A stretch of 64,000 nt of DNA, from assembly GCA_037445535.1 (NCBI GenBank), contig JBBIKI010000002.1, forward strand, positions 14,338 to 78,337, written 5' to 3'. Numbering within the stretch: position 1 is the first letter of the stretch; every line of letters begins with the position of its first letter. Source of the stretch: Acidobacteriota bacterium. GTDB lineage: Bacteria > Acidobacteriota > UBA4820 > DSQY01. Positions 1 through 10,169 of the stretch are shown piece after piece. A program made the position numbers and the translations under genes. The notes beneath the pieces were generated by a model. The model had not been told where the DNA came from. It saw only the letters and a list, made by a program, of their open reading frames with translations, and did no database searches.

Positions 1-128
1 TCGCCGGACTTCTCAGCCGCGCCGTGGTGGTTCTGGATGAGCATGACAAGGTGCTCTACACGGAACAGGTCCCGGAGATCGGTCAGGAACCCAACTACGA
101 CGCGGCCCTCAAAGCCCTTCGAGGTTAG
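1..128 (+). CDS. tpx: thiol peroxidase (Tpx), 3' end only; the gene starts upstream of the window
   Basis: Frame 3 translation [41 protein letters not shown] closely matches the conserved C-terminus of Tpx; TAG stop at 126-128. Confidence 0.7.
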   Translation, partial: AGLLSRAVVVLDEHDKVLYTEQVPEIGQEPNYDAALKALRG

Positions 129-131
129 GTG

Positions 132-1940
132 CTACGGGATGATGATCGTGTCGCCCAGATGGAGCTGGTGGCTTTGGGTGATGCGGTTGGCCCGGCAGAG
201 CTGGTCGAGGGTGACCCCGTAGGCCCGCGAAATATCCCACAGGGTATCGCCGGCTTTCACATTGTGGACCCGCGGCTGTCCCGGTTGCGGTCTGGCCTTG
301 GAGGCACCGCGGCCGGCTTTGGCCTGCTGGGGGAGGGTCCTGGGCGCTTCCAGAACCAGCCGTTGGCCGGGTCTGAGCTTGCCTGATTCGAGCCGGTTGA
401 TGGCGCGCAGGTCGTCCACGGACACTCCCGTGCGCCGGGAGATGGAGGCCAAGGTATCGCCGCGCCGTACCTTGTACACTCGGGATCCTGAGCGGCCCGC
501 GGGCCCCTCCTCAGCATAGAGGGCGGGATCCGAGGCGGCCGCCCCGAGGGGGATAACCAGGCTCGTACCCGTGGGCACCCGGCGCCTGGGCAAGCGGTTG
601 GCGAGGCGGATGGCCTCGGCGCTTACGTGGTACTTTCGGGCGATGGAGTAGAGGGATTCGCCCCGGCCCACGGTGTGCATGGCCACGGCCACCTTGTCTG
701 AATCGGGCACCGTGTCGAGCTTGGCTTGGAAGCCGTCGAGGCTGCGGGCGGGGATCCGGAGATCGAAGGCGCGAGGGGGAGTCATGATGCGCCGCAAGGA
801 CGGGTTCATGGTTTGGAGCGTCTCCACGGAGACGTCGGCGCACTTCGCGAGGACCCGCAGATCCATCGGGGTTTCGATGGCCACCGTGGCCACCGCGGGG
901 GCGGCCGCATCTTGGGGCACGTCAATGCCGTAGGCCGAAGGGTTGGTGGCCATGAGGATGGCCGCCATGATGGCGGGAACGTATTCCCGGGTCTCGCGGT
1001 GCAGGCCCCGGCGGCTCTTGCGCATGTCCCAGAAATCGGCGCCAGGCTTTCTGTCCACGAACCGCTGGATCTTGCCTTCGCCCGTGTTATAGGCTGCCAG
1101 GGCGAGCTGCCAGTCGCTGAACATGCCGTGAAGGTCCTTCAAATAGCGGGCCGCGGCGCGGGCCGCCACCTCCGGATCCTTCCGCTGGTCTTCCCAGAAA
1201 TCCACCGTGAGGTCGTACCGCTTGGCCGTGCCCGCCATGAACTGCCACATGCCCACGGCCTTGGCGCGCGACGTGGCCTGGGGATTGAAGGCCGACTCCA
1301 CGATGGCCAGATAGACCAGGGAAGGCGGAACGCCCTCATCCTTGAAGATCTCCTTCATCTTGGGGATGTAGGGCTGTCCCCGGGTGAGGGCACGGGTGAA
1401 CCAGTCCTTGAGCCTGGTCTGAAAAAAGTTGACGTAGGTCAGGACGGCGTCGTTGGTAGGGACGTCAAACCCGGGATTGGACTCGGCCACGGCCTTCTGA
1501 ACTGCCGCATAGGTGGATTTGAGATCTTGCGGAGAGAGAAACGTGGTGAGATGGAGGAGTTCGTCCGTGGGTGAAGCCTCGGCCGCGTCGGGCGTTTCGG
1601 GAGCCGCGTTGCTGTCCAGCTCCACTTGTAGGGCCTCATCGCACATGCGCTCCAGCGCCCCCTGGACCCGCGGGTTGCCTCGGACCGGTTCGGGCTCGTC
1701 GAAGTAGCTCTGAAGGGCCGCCGAGATGCCCTTCAGCACCTCTGCCGTGGCGGCGGCGTCCAGGTCTTCCTGCTCCACGCGGTTGCTGAGGTTTTCCATC
1801 CGGGCCACCAGGTCCTCGGCTTGCTGTTGCGCGGGAGGCTTGACGGGGCCCGCGGGGGGCGGTGGCGGCAGGGGATGCGGGAGAGTTTGCTCGGCGCAGC
1901 CGCTCAGAAGGAGGAAGAGCGCCGCGAAGACCACCAGCAT
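132..1940 (-). CDS. membrane-bound lytic murein transglycosylase (MltD-like) lipoprotein with an SLT domain and three LysM repeats
   Basis: SLT motif VESAFNPQATSRAKAVGMWQFMAGTAKRY; three LysM units (YKVRRGDTLASISRRTGV, HTVGRGESLYSIARKYHV, HNVKAGDTLWDISRAYGV); lipobox LLLSGC after the ATG at 1940 (the track ORF extends to 2129 but the signal peptide starts at 1940). Confidence 0.85.
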   Translation of the reverse strand: MLVVFAALFLLLSGCAEQTLPHPLPPPPPAGPVKPPAQQQAEDLVARMENLSNRVEQEDLDAAATAEVLKGISAALQSYFDEPEPVRGNPRVQGALERMCDEALQVELDSNAAPETPDAAEASPTDELLHLTTFLSPQDLKSTYAAVQKAVAESNPGFDVPTNDAVLTYVNFFQTRLKDWFTRALTRGQPYIPKMKEIFKDEGVPPSLVYLAIVESAFNPQATSRAKAVGMWQFMAGTAKRYDLTVDFWEDQRKDPEVAARAAARYLKDLHGMFSDWQLALAAYNTGEGKIQRFVDRKPGADFWDMRKSRRGLHRETREYVPAIMAAILMATNPSAYGIDVPQDAAAPAVATVAIETPMDLRVLAKCADVSVETLQTMNPSLRRIMTPPRAFDLRIPARSLDGFQAKLDTVPDSDKVAVAMHTVGRGESLYSIARKYHVSAEAIRLANRLPRRRVPTGTSLVIPLGAAASDPALYAEEGPAGRSGSRVYKVRRGDTLASISRRTGVSVDDLRAINRLESGKLRPGQRLVLEAPRTLPQQAKAGRGASKARPQPGQPRVHNVKAGDTLWDISRAYGVTLDQLCRANRITQSHQLHLGDTIIIP

Positions 1941-2125
1941 TCTCGCCAGAGGCCATCGCACCCGCTCGTTGAACGCGTCTCGGCTTTCTGCTCCTCTTAC
2001 CCATGTTCCCTTTGGCAGTGGGGAGCGGGAAGTCTGGAGCGAGGAGTGAGGAGTGAACGGTCCAGCACCTCGCACGGGGTGCTCTCTCCTGTCCCCTGTC
2101 CCCTGTCCCCCGGTTCTTTGCGTTC

Positions 2126-3670
2126 TCACAGGGGGATGTTCCCGTGTTTCTTTGGCGGGTTCACCTGGCGCTTGTTGGCGAGCATGGCCAGGGCCGCGAT
2201 GAGGCGTGGGCGTGTGTGCGCGGGGGGAATGACCGCGTCAATGAACCCGTTGCGCGCCGCCACATAGGGATTGGCCAGGGTGCGCCGGATCTCCTCGACC
2301 TTCTGGGCCTTGTAGGCCGCGGGGTCGGCGGCCTGGGCCAGCTCTTTCCTGTAGAGGATGCTCACCGCGCCGTCGGGCCCCATGACGGCGATCTCAGCGC
2401 CGGGGAAGGCCACGTTGAAATCGGCGCGGATGTGCTTGCTGGCCATGACGCAGTAGGCGCCGCCGTAAGCCTTGCGCGTGATCACCGTGAGCTTGGGTAC
2501 GGTGGCTTCGGCAAAGGCGAAGAGGAGTTTGGCCCCGTGGGCGATGATGCCCCCGTGCTCCTGGTCCCTCCCGGGCAAGAAGCCGGGAACGTCCTCGAAG
2601 GTCACGAGAGGGATGTTGAAGCAGTCGCAAAACCGCACGAACCGGGCTCCTTTGATGGAGGACTTGATGTCCAGCACGCCGGCCAGATAGGCCGGCTGGT
2701 TCGCCACCACGCCCACCACGCGGCCGCCCAGGCGGCCGAAGCCCACCACGATGTTGGGCGCGAAGGCCCTGTGCACCTCGAAGAACACGTGGTCATCCAG
2801 GACCGTCTGCACCAAGTCCTTGATGTTGTAGGGCAGGTTGGGGTTTTCGGGCACCAGCGTATTGAGCGATTCATCGGCTCGGTCTGGCGGGTCCGACGTG
2901 GGCCGGAAGGGCGGATCCTCCTGGTTGTTGGAGGGCAGATAGGAGAGGAGGGCTCGGCATGTGGCCAGAAGGTGGCCGTCGTCAGGAGCCGTGAAATGGG
3001 CCACGCCGGAGGTGGCGGCGTGTGTCCTCGCCCCCCCAAGGTCCTCCTTGCTTATGTCTTCGTTAAGAACCGTCTTGATTACGTCGGGCCCCGTGATGAA
3101 CATGTAGGACGTGTCCTCGGTCATCATCACGAAGTCGGTGATGGCGGGCGAATACACGGCCCCGCCCGCGCAGGGGCCCATGATCAGGGAGATCTGCGGC
3201 ACGACGCCCGAGGCAAGGGTGTTGCGCAGGAAGATGTCGGCGTACCCCGCGAGGGACCCGACCCCTTCTTGGATCCGCGCGCCGCCCGAATCGTTAAGGC
3301 CTACCACGGGCGCCCCAACCTCCATGGCCATGTCCATGATCTTGCAAATCTTCCTGGCATTGGACTCGGAGAGGGAGCCTCCGAACACGGTGAAGTCGTT
3401 GGCGAAGGCAAAGACGGTCCGGCCATCCACGCGGCCGAAGCCCGTCACCACCCCGTCGCCGGGAACCCGCTTGTCGCCCATGTCGAAATCACGGCAGCCG
3501 TGTTCCACCAGGGCGTCGGTCTCCTCGAAGGACCCGGGGTCCAGAAGGAGGTCCACGCGCTCCCGGGCCGTGAGCTTTCCGGCCTTGTGCTGGGCATCCA
3601 TCCGCTCCGGCCCGCCCCCGTCTCGGCCCGCCTTGAGCAATGTTTCGAGTTCCCGGATCGTCCCCATCAA
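2126..3670 (-). CDS. pccB: acyl-CoA (propionyl-CoA) carboxylase carboxyltransferase beta subunit
   Basis: Full-length similarity to PccB/AccD5-type carboxyltransferases: ...[26 protein letters not shown]..., [28 protein letters not shown]..., [12 protein letters not shown]... Confidence 0.9.
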   Translation of the reverse strand: MMGTIRELETLLKAGRDGGGPERMDAQHKAGKLTARERVDLLLDPGSFEETDALVEHGCRDFDMGDKRVPGDGVVTGFGRVDGRTVFAFANDFTVFGGSLSESNARKICKIMDMAMEVGAPVVGLNDSGGARIQEGVGSLAGYADIFLRNTLASGVVPQISLIMGPCAGGAVYSPAITDFVMMTEDTSYMFITGPDVIKTVLNEDISKEDLGGARTHAATSGVAHFTAPDDGHLLATCRALLSYLPSNNQEDPPFRPTSDPPDRADESLNTLVPENPNLPYNIKDLVQTVLDDHVFFEVHRAFAPNIVVGFGRLGGRVVGVVANQPAYLAGVLDIKSSIKGARFVRFCDCFNIPLVTFEDVPGFLPGRDQEHGGIIAHGAKLLFAFAEATVPKLTVITRKAYGGAYCVMASKHIRADFNVAFPGAEIAVMGPDGAVSILYRKELAQAADPAAYKAQKVEEIRRTLANPYVAARNGFIDAVIPPAHTRPRLIAALAMLANKRQVNPPKKHGNIPL

Positions 3671-5742
3671 TTCTCCGAAAAGGGCCTGTAGGCCAAGCCT
3701 TTCACCACGTCCCGGTAGTTTTGGTCCACGCCGCCATTCAGGTAAGGTTTGATGAACTGCTGGACGCGCCGGGCTTCGCTATCGCTCTTGTCGAAGTCCA
3801 AAAGATCACGCAGGTTTTTGTCGGCGCCGCGCACATTTTCGGATTTCAGATCCATGACCGCCCAGTTGTAGTAGCCGTCCCTTATGAGCCGGTTCACCGC
3901 GTCCCGTTTGCCAAGCTGCCGCGCCAAGGTGTCGTCGGGATAGATGAGGCGCCAGGCCACCCGGAGGCACTCGCCGAAATCTCCCTCCCGGAAGGACTTC
4001 ACGGAGTACTGGTAGTCCTTGAGGAACTTTTCGTTGCGCTCGTTCTCGGCCTGTTGCCGCAGGAGGGATGCCCGGGCGCCGGCCAAGCCGCTGGCCGCCT
4101 CCGTGTTCAGCGCTCCGCCGCGGCTCAGGAGTTCCTGGTACAGGCCCACGGCTTTCGCGAAGTCCTGATCGGTTTCCGCGGCGCGAGCCGCCTTCAGCAG
4201 ATCTTCCGGGCTCATGGTCTCGGGCGTGGGCTGGGCGGGAGCCGTTGAAGACTGGGGCGGCGGTGTCACCCGCGGAGGCTGGGGCTTGGGAAGTTTGCTG
4301 GGAGCAACCGTTGCGGGTTGAGGCCCCTCGCCCCCGAAGAAGAACTTGGTGGCCAGAAAGATCCCCGCTCCCACCACCAGAAGGCCCACCACCGCGCCAC
4401 CAATGAGGAGCCAGGTCGGCCCTCCCGCTCTGGGCGCCTTCTTCTGAACGGGGAGCGTCTTGGCGCCCCGCGCGGCTGCCACCGCATCCGGGCTCTGGTC
4501 CGCCACAGGGACCTGAGGGGCCGCGGGAGCACCCAGCGGCACCGTGGCATCGGCCGCGGACACATCGTCCCACGTGAAGGTTTCTGGGGCGGGGGCCGCC
4601 CCGGCCTGGGGCGAAGACGGAGCTGCGGGCGGAGGAGAGACGCCCGCACTCTGCACGGGGGCGCCAGCCCCTGGTGCCTCGGGAGGGCTGTCGAACTCGA
4701 AGCCGCCGAAGGCGGGTGCCGGGGCCGCGGCTCGCATAGCCTCGCCCGTTGGCATGGCCAGGTGGTCCTCAAACTCGAATTCGTCGGGGCTTCCGCCCAC
4801 CAGAGCGGGGGAGGCGGCGGGCGGGGCCGGGGTGAACGTGGCTGCCGGGACGGCGAAGACCGGAGGGGGTTGCTCTGCGGCGGCGGGCGGAGAGGGCGGC
4901 GCCTCCGTGATGCGGGACAGGTAGTACAGGGCTTCCCTATGGCCCGGGAAGCTCTGGAGCACCTTCTCCAGGAGAGGCTTGGCGCGGGCCAAGTCGCCGG
5001 CGTTGAAGGCCGCGATGGCTTCCGTCAGGTGGTGCTCCACCTCGCCTTGGTTGGCGCTCATGGCCTCCTTGGCCCGGGCGATGAGGTCGTCCGCCTCTTT
5101 GTTGTTCTCATCCAGGATGAAGACGCGCGTCCAAACGTCGATGGCATCCTGAAAATGCCCCTGATCGAAAAGAGTCTGGCCTTCCTTCAAGCACTGGGCC
5201 ACACGCGCCGATTCGGCTGGGGCCAGGCTCCCCTCCGAGCCGGTCATCGTGGTGGACTCCACGGGGCTTGCGGAAGGGCTTTCCCCGAGGCTGTCCAGCA
5301 GGTCTAGTGAAAGGACGGGCTCGGCCCCGTCGAAAGGGCCGCCTAGGGTGCCCGGCGCGCCCACGGCGGAACCACCCATGTCGAACGCGTCAAGCGGCGC
5401 CACGGAGGGAGGACCGGGCTCTGGAGGCGGAGGTGCCGCGGGAGCCCGCAGAGCCACCGCGAGTGCCAGCGCTTTAGGGTGATTGGGCGCCACCTTGAGG
5501 ACATCCCCCAGGAGCTTCTCCGCCTGGTCCCTCTGCCCCTGGTCGGCGAGGGCCTTGGCCTTGCCCAGCATCTCCCCGATCTGGATCTCCAGCATCATGC
5601 TGTCCTGGACCTCGCTCAGGAGCTGGCGTGCGTCGCCGTCCTTCGGGTTCGCCTGCAGGAGGTCCTTGAGGACTCCCATGGCTTCCCGGAACTGACCGGC
5701 GGCAACAAGCGCCCGAGCCTGTTCTAATCTCGCATCGGCCAT
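3667..5742 (-). CDS. TPR-repeat membrane protein with a proline-rich linker and one TM helix
   Basis: N- and C-terminal TPR-like helical repeats; a long Pro/Ala-rich low-complexity region; TM segment [26 protein letters not shown]; 4-nt overlap with pccB. Confidence 0.65.
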   Translation of the reverse strand: MADARLEQARALVAAGQFREAMGVLKDLLQANPKDGDARQLLSEVQDSMMLEIQIGEMLGKAKALADQGQRDQAEKLLGDVLKVAPNHPKALALAVALRAPAAPPPPEPGPPSVAPLDAFDMGGSAVGAPGTLGGPFDGAEPVLSLDLLDSLGESPSASPVESTTMTGSEGSLAPAESARVAQCLKEGQTLFDQGHFQDAIDVWTRVFILDENNKEADDLIARAKEAMSANQGEVEHHLTEAIAAFNAGDLARAKPLLEKVLQSFPGHREALYYLSRITEAPPSPPAAAEQPPPVFAVPAATFTPAPPAASPALVGGSPDEFEFEDHLAMPTGEAMRAAAPAPAFGGFEFDSPPEAPGAGAPVQSAGVSPPPAAPSSPQAGAAPAPETFTWDDVSAADATVPLGAPAAPQVPVADQSPDAVAAARGAKTLPVQKKAPRAGGPTWLLIGGAVVGLLVVGAGIFLATKFFFGGEGPQPATVAPSKLPKPQPPRVTPPPQSSTAPAQPTPETMSPEDLLKAARAAETDQDFAKAVGLYQELLSRGGALNTEAASGLAGARASLLRQQAENERNEKFLKDYQYSVKSFREGDFGECLRVAWRLIYPDDTLARQLGKRDAVNRLIRDGYYNWAVMDLKSENVRGADKNLRDLLDFDKSDSEARRVQQFIKPYLNGGVDQNYRDVVKGLAYRPFSEN

Positions 5743-5881
5743 CGCCTATGCCCTCCCAGCACCGGGGCCATTCTAACCGGAGCACCATGGAGGAGCAAGG
5801 TGGAGGAGGATGGATAGGGGCGGGCTTTCCAGCTTGACCCTCGCGCGCGGTGCCGTCATACTTATGGTTTAAGGGGTGCTC

Positions 5882-6679
5882 ATGCAGGATGTGTGGCGGA
5901 TTCTGGCCTCCAGGGGGATCGGCTGGATCGACGTGGTGGACATCCTCACCGTGGCGGCCTTCCTGTTTTTCTTCATGCGCCAGGTGCGAGGCACTCCCGC
6001 CGTGCAGATGGTGCTTGGCGTCATCGTCCTGGTGGTGGCCAACGTGGTGTCTCAGTTTCTGGGCATGGCGGCCACCCACCGCTTCCTGCAGAACCTTCTC
6101 TTCTATATCCCTTTCGCCATCATCGTCTTGTTCCGGGAACCCATCCGCAAGGCTTTGGCCGCATTGGGCAGTGCGTTTTTCACCCCGCGGGGGAGCCTGG
6201 AGCTGCGTCACCAGCTCGCGCGAGAGACGGCCATCGCGGCCTTCGCCCTGGCCCGCCTCAGGCAGGGAGCCCTCATCACCTTCGAACGGACTCAGGGGCT
6301 CAAGGACTACGCGGATACGGGCGTGAAGGTGGACGCGGAGCTCTCCTCGAACCTTCTGTCCACCCTGTTCTTCACGGGGTCTCCCCTGCACGACGGGGCC
6401 GCGGTTATCATGGATGGCCGGGTCGCCGCGGCGGGATGCTACCTTCCACTGAGCGCCCGGGAGTTTCCCCAGGAGTACGGTACGCGCCACCGGGCGGCGG
6501 CGGGGGTCACGGAGCTGACGGACGCTTTGTGCGTGGTCGTGAGCGAGGAGCGCGGCTCGGTCTCCGTGGCCGTGGAAGGGAACTTCGAAGGGGCGGCGAA
6601 CGGGGAGGAACTGGAGAAAATGCTCTACCAACTTCTCGGAGGTAAGCCCCGTGAACACGCGGCGGCCGGCGCTGGTTGA
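5882..6679 (+). CDS. cdaA: diadenylate cyclase CdaA (three N-terminal TM helices plus DAC domain)
   Basis: DAC motifs ...GSPLHDGAAVI... and ...GTRHRAAAGVTE...; N-terminal membrane helices; AAGGGG Shine-Dalgarno 5 nt before the ATG at 5882 (alternative GTG at 5876). Confidence 0.9.
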   Translation: MQDVWRILASRGIGWIDVVDILTVAAFLFFFMRQVRGTPAVQMVLGVIVLVVANVVSQFLGMAATHRFLQNLLFYIPFAIIVLFREPIRKALAALGSAFFTPRGSLELRHQLARETAIAAFALARLRQGALITFERTQGLKDYADTGVKVDAELSSNLLSTLFFTGSPLHDGAAVIMDGRVAAAGCYLPLSAREFPQEYGTRHRAAAGVTELTDALCVVVSEERGSVSVAVEGNFEGAANGEELEKMLYQLLGGKPREHAAAGAG

Positions 6680-7679
6680 CCGGGTCAGGCCCGATCGCGG
6701 GTCGGTCTGGCTTTTCGTGTTTTCCTTGATTTTGGCGGTTTTTTACTGGACCTACACGGTCTCCGAACTGAAGTCCGTGAAGGACGTGAGCGTGCCGGTG
6801 CAGTTCGCCAACGTGCCCCAGGGCATGATGGTGGTGGGAGAGGACGCGCGCAAGACCGTAACCGTGGAATTCAAGGGCCCCCCGGACATGCTCAAGCGCG
6901 TGCGCGAGGAGGACGTGGACGCCCGGATCGACGTGAGCAAGATGCAGCCAGGGCCCCAAGTTGTGGAGCTGGGCCAGGGGGACGTGCGATTGCCCTCCTC
7001 CGTGGAATTCGAGCGCTCGTTTCCCAAACTGATCCATTTCGCCCTGGATAAGAAGGTCAAGGACAACATAACTCTCCAGCCCAACTTTTCGGGCCGTCCG
7101 GCCCCGGGGATGCAGGTCCTCTCCTGGACCGTTGAGCCCGCCACTGTTCAGGTGGAGGGGCCCGAGAGCGTCATACGAAAGCTCCGCCATATCTCGACCC
7201 AGCCCGTGCCCCTCGAGGGCCGCTCGGCGACCTTCGAGACGCCCGTGGTGGCCACCTTCTCGGACCCCGATTTGGCCGTTGCCTCCTACGGACCGTGGCT
7301 CCTGCGCGTGGTCATCGGGGAGAGGCGCCAGCAGCGCACCATCGGCCCGATCCCCATCAAGATCTCCCATGGCGGCAAATATCCCCTCACCCTGGAGACG
7401 CCATCCCTGCGCGTCATGGTGGACGGACCGGAATCGGTGGTGAGGGGCTTGAGCCCGGAGGATTTCGTGGCGGAAGTGGACGCCAGGGGCCTGAAGCCCT
7501 CGGACAAGACCTACCAGCTCAGGCCCGCGATCAGGTTCGCCAACCCTTCTCTGGAGAGCCGGGTGGACGTCACGGGCTGGATGGACCGGTTCGTGGTCGT
7601 GCGGGTGGACAAGGGGGAGCCTCCCATCTCGGGGGTTTCAGGCTCCTCCGCGCCCGGCGGCGCGGGAGGCGGCCCGTGA
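6651..7679 (+). CDS. cdaR: CdaA regulatory protein CdaR (YbbR-like repeats)
   Basis: N-terminal TM helix then repeated YbbR-like beta-domains; sits in the canonical position between cdaA and glmM; overlaps cdaA by 29 nt. Confidence 0.8.
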   Translation: MNTRRPALVDRVRPDRGSVWLFVFSLILAVFYWTYTVSELKSVKDVSVPVQFANVPQGMMVVGEDARKTVTVEFKGPPDMLKRVREEDVDARIDVSKMQPGPQVVELGQGDVRLPSSVEFERSFPKLIHFALDKKVKDNITLQPNFSGRPAPGMQVLSWTVEPATVQVEGPESVIRKLRHISTQPVPLEGRSATFETPVVATFSDPDLAVASYGPWLLRVVIGERRQQRTIGPIPIKISHGGKYPLTLETPSLRVMVDGPESVVRGLSPEDFVAEVDARGLKPSDKTYQLRPAIRFANPSLESRVDVTGWMDRFVVVRVDKGEPPISGVSGSSAPGGAGGGP

Positions 7680-9019
7680 ACCGGCAATATTTCGGCACCG
7701 ACGGCATCCGCGGCCGAGCCGGGACCTTCCCCCTCGATCCGCCCACGGTGTACGCTCTCGGGCGCGCGGCGGGGCGCATCTTGGGCGGCACGGGCGCCAC
7801 GGCGCTGGTGGCCGCCGACACTCGCGAGTCGGGCCCCTGGATCGCGTCGCATCTGGTGGCGGGGCTTAAGGAAACGGGCGTTGTGTGCCTCTACGCCGGC
7901 GTCATGCCCACACCCGCCGTGGCCCGCCTGTGCGCGGAAGACAACTACACCTTCGGCGTCATGATTTCAGCTTCCCACAACCCTTACGACGACAACGGTA
8001 TCAAGTTCTTCTCGGGAAACGGGTTCAAGCTGCCCGATGAAACGGAGCACCACATCGAGACGGCCCTGGAGGGCATCCTCTCGTCCCTTCCCAGCCCGCC
8101 CCCATCGGCTGAACTTGGCGAACCCATGACGGCGCCCGCGGAGCGTTATCTGGACTGGCTCGAATCCTTGTGGGAAGGGAGCGGCCTCTCATCCTTCAAG
8201 GTGGTCCTGGATTGCGCCAACGGAGCCGCTCACCGCCTGGCGCCGGAACTATTCAGGCGCCTGGGCACCAGGGTCTCGGCCTTGGCGTGGGAGCCCGACG
8301 GGCGCAACATCAATGACCGATGCGGAAGCCTCCACACGGAGGTCCTCGCCTCACGGGTGAAGGCGGAAGGCGCCCACTTCGGCTTCGCCTTCGACGGCGA
8401 CGCGGACCGGTGCCTCGCCGTGACTTCGGACGGCCGGGTTCTGGACGGCGACTACATCCTCTATCGTGAGGCCCTGCATAGGGCGAAGCGGGGAACCCTC
8501 TTTGGCCGCTGGGTCGTGGGAACGGTCATGAGCAACCTGTGGCTCGAACAGGCCCTGCAGGCAGAGCGCCTGCGTTTTTTCAGGGCCCCCGTGGGAGACC
8601 GCTACGTCCTTCAGTGCATGCTGGACAGAGGGGCCATCCTGGGCGGGGAGCCCTCGGGCCACGTCCTCTTCCTGGACCGAGCCACCACGGGGGACGGCCT
8701 CCTCACGGCCCTCCACTATGCCGCCCTCGCCAGAGACGCGGGGAGCATGGACGCCCTCGCCGAGGGCATCGAACCCTATCCTCAGGTTCTCTCCAACATC
8801 CGAGTGGCTAGGCGCCAGCCGTTGGAGGACCTGGCTCCCGTCCAGGCTGCCTTGGAGGAAGAGACGGGGCGGATTCAAGGACGGGGGCGCATCGTCTTGC
8901 GCTATTCGGGGACCGAACCCCTCCTCCGCTTAATGGTCGAAGCCCAGACGCGCCCCGAAGTGGACGGCGTCATATCACGGCTTGGCAAGGTTCTGCGGGA
9001 CACGCTGGGAGAGGCGTAG
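7676..9019 (+). CDS. glmM: phosphoglucosamine mutase
   Basis: VNRQYFGTDGIRGRAG...; active-site SASHNPYDDNGIKFF; GTG start at 7676 overlaps the cdaR stop (GTGA). The track ORF from 7295 is an in-frame upstream extension with no homology. Confidence 0.9.
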   Translation: MNRQYFGTDGIRGRAGTFPLDPPTVYALGRAAGRILGGTGATALVAADTRESGPWIASHLVAGLKETGVVCLYAGVMPTPAVARLCAEDNYTFGVMISASHNPYDDNGIKFFSGNGFKLPDETEHHIETALEGILSSLPSPPPSAELGEPMTAPAERYLDWLESLWEGSGLSSFKVVLDCANGAAHRLAPELFRRLGTRVSALAWEPDGRNINDRCGSLHTEVLASRVKAEGAHFGFAFDGDADRCLAVTSDGRVLDGDYILYREALHRAKRGTLFGRWVVGTVMSNLWLEQALQAERLRFFRAPVGDRYVLQCMLDRGAILGGEPSGHVLFLDRATTGDGLLTALHYAALARDAGSMDALAEGIEPYPQVLSNIRVARRQPLEDLAPVQAALEEETGRIQGRGRIVLRYSGTEPLLRLMVEAQTRPEVDGVISRLGKVLRDTLGEA

Positions 9020-9120
9020 GGGACATGACTGGGGGACTAAGAACGCAGGAAACTATGCGAAGATCATCCGGTGGCGGAGCGATGAAGGCATGAAGCCAAG
9101 GCACGCGGAGCCATCCCTAT

Positions 9121-9175
9121 GTCCAGCGTCTCGCGCCTTGCGTCCAGCTTCTCGCGCCTAGCGTCTCGCGCCTCA
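9121..9175. repeat. imperfect tandem direct repeat (about 2.7 copies of an 18-20-nt unit, core TCTCGCGCCT) immediately upstream of pdxJ
   Basis: GTCCAGCGTCTCGCGCCTT / GCGTCCAGCTTCTCGCGCCTA / GCGTCTCGCGCCTCA read directly from the sequence. Confidence 0.6.
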
Positions 9176-9186
9176 GAGGTGAACCC

Positions 9187-9897
9187 ATGAAACTCGGCGT
9201 GAACATCGACCATATCGCCACCCTCCGCCAAGCCAGGAAGGGCTTCGAGCCCGATCCCGTCCACGCGGCCGTCCTCTGCGAGATGGCGGGCGCCGACGGT
9301 ATCACCGTGCACCTTCGCGGTGACCGCCGGCACATCCAAATCCGGGACGTGGAGGTTCTGAAGAAGGCCGTGAGCACCCGCCTCAACATCGAGATGGCGG
9401 CCACATCGGAGATGGTGGAGATCGCCGCGGGAGTTCAGCCCTGGCAGGTGACGCTCGTGCCCGAGCGCCCCAACGAAGTCACCACGGAGGGCGGCTTGGA
9501 CGTGGTGATCAACGCGGCCCACCTGACCCAAACCGTCTCCAGGCTCTCCTCCCACAACATCCGCGTGAGCCTCTTCATTGACCCGTCCCTGGACAACGTC
9601 CGCTCGGCCCACAAGGTGGGCGCCCATGCCGTGGAGATCAACACCAACGCCTACGCCACGGCGCGGACGGAGGCGGACCGAGTCCAGACGCTCCGGGCTG
9701 TGGACGACGCGGCCAAGATGGCCCACAAACTCGGGCTGAGCGTCCTCGCCGGCCACGCCCTGAACTACCGCAACGTGGGCCCCATCGCCGCCATGACGCT
9801 CATTGAGGAATTGAACATCGGCCACGCCATCATCGCCAGAGCCGTCTTCGTGGGCCTGGAGCGAGCCGTGGCGGAGATGAGAGCCCTCATCCGGTAA
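9187..9897 (+). CDS. pdxJ: pyridoxine 5'-phosphate synthase
   Basis: MKLGVNIDHIATLRQARKG...ITVHLRGDRRHI...; full-length PdxJ similarity. Confidence 0.95.
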   Translation: MKLGVNIDHIATLRQARKGFEPDPVHAAVLCEMAGADGITVHLRGDRRHIQIRDVEVLKKAVSTRLNIEMAATSEMVEIAAGVQPWQVTLVPERPNEVTTEGGLDVVINAAHLTQTVSRLSSHNIRVSLFIDPSLDNVRSAHKVGAHAVEINTNAYATARTEADRVQTLRAVDDAAKMAHKLGLSVLAGHALNYRNVGPIAAMTLIEELNIGHAIIARAVFVGLERAVAEMRALIR

Positions 9898-9968
9898 TTC
9901 CGCCCATGAGGGCCTCATCCACCCCCGGCCCTGGCGGTCCGCCCCCCACCGTCCTGTATCCTGGGGCT

Positions 9969-10169
9969 TCAAGCGCTTCCGAGTTTCCGCAGCAGCCTCG
10001 CGGGAAGCATGAACAGCGCCTTGATGAACTCAAGCACGCCTCCCACGGCTATGCCCGCGAGACGGAAAGGCAGGAGCAGAAGCCAGACCACCGGGTAGAG
10101 GACCAGTGCCAAGAGCGCCAGCGGCCAGCATAGGACCAGCAGGATGAGCCACAGGAGAAATGTGACCAT
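9969..10169 (-). CDS. small hydrophobic two-TM membrane protein (66 aa), function unknown
   Basis: MVTFLLWLILLVLCWPLALLALVLYPVVWLLLLPFRLAGIAVGGVLEFIKALFMLPARLLRKLGSA; strong SD GAGGAGG 6 nt upstream of the ATG at 10169; the longer track ORF has a low-complexity N-terminus. Confidence 0.5.
   Translation of the reverse strand: MVTFLLWLILLVLCWPLALLALVLYPVVWLLLLPFRLAGIAVGGVLEFIKALFMLPARLLRKLGSA

Noticed and set aside
2144-3691. A 515-aa plus-strand ORF
   Set aside because: It is antisense to pccB. The pccB frame is homologous to carboxyltransferases over its full length and this one matches nothing. The same reasoning rejects 726-1574 (antisense to the mltD-like gene), 5474-6658 (antisense to cdaA), 20510-21598 (antisense to the PAS sensor), 38324-39772 (antisense to the gamma-lyase gene), 24437-25123 (internal to addA) and 13773-14417 (antisense to the patatin gene).
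7295-7675. The long N-terminal extension of the glmM ORF in the track
   Set aside because: The extension overlaps cdaR in another frame and has no homology. GlmM homology begins exactly at the GTG at 7676, which forms a GTGA overlap with the cdaR stop.
9020-9120. A possible 22-codon mini-ORF (MTGGLRTQETMRRSSGGGAMKA) between glmM and pdxJ
   Set aside because: There is no ribosome-binding site, and the sequence has no features of a leader peptide. It is probably non-coding.
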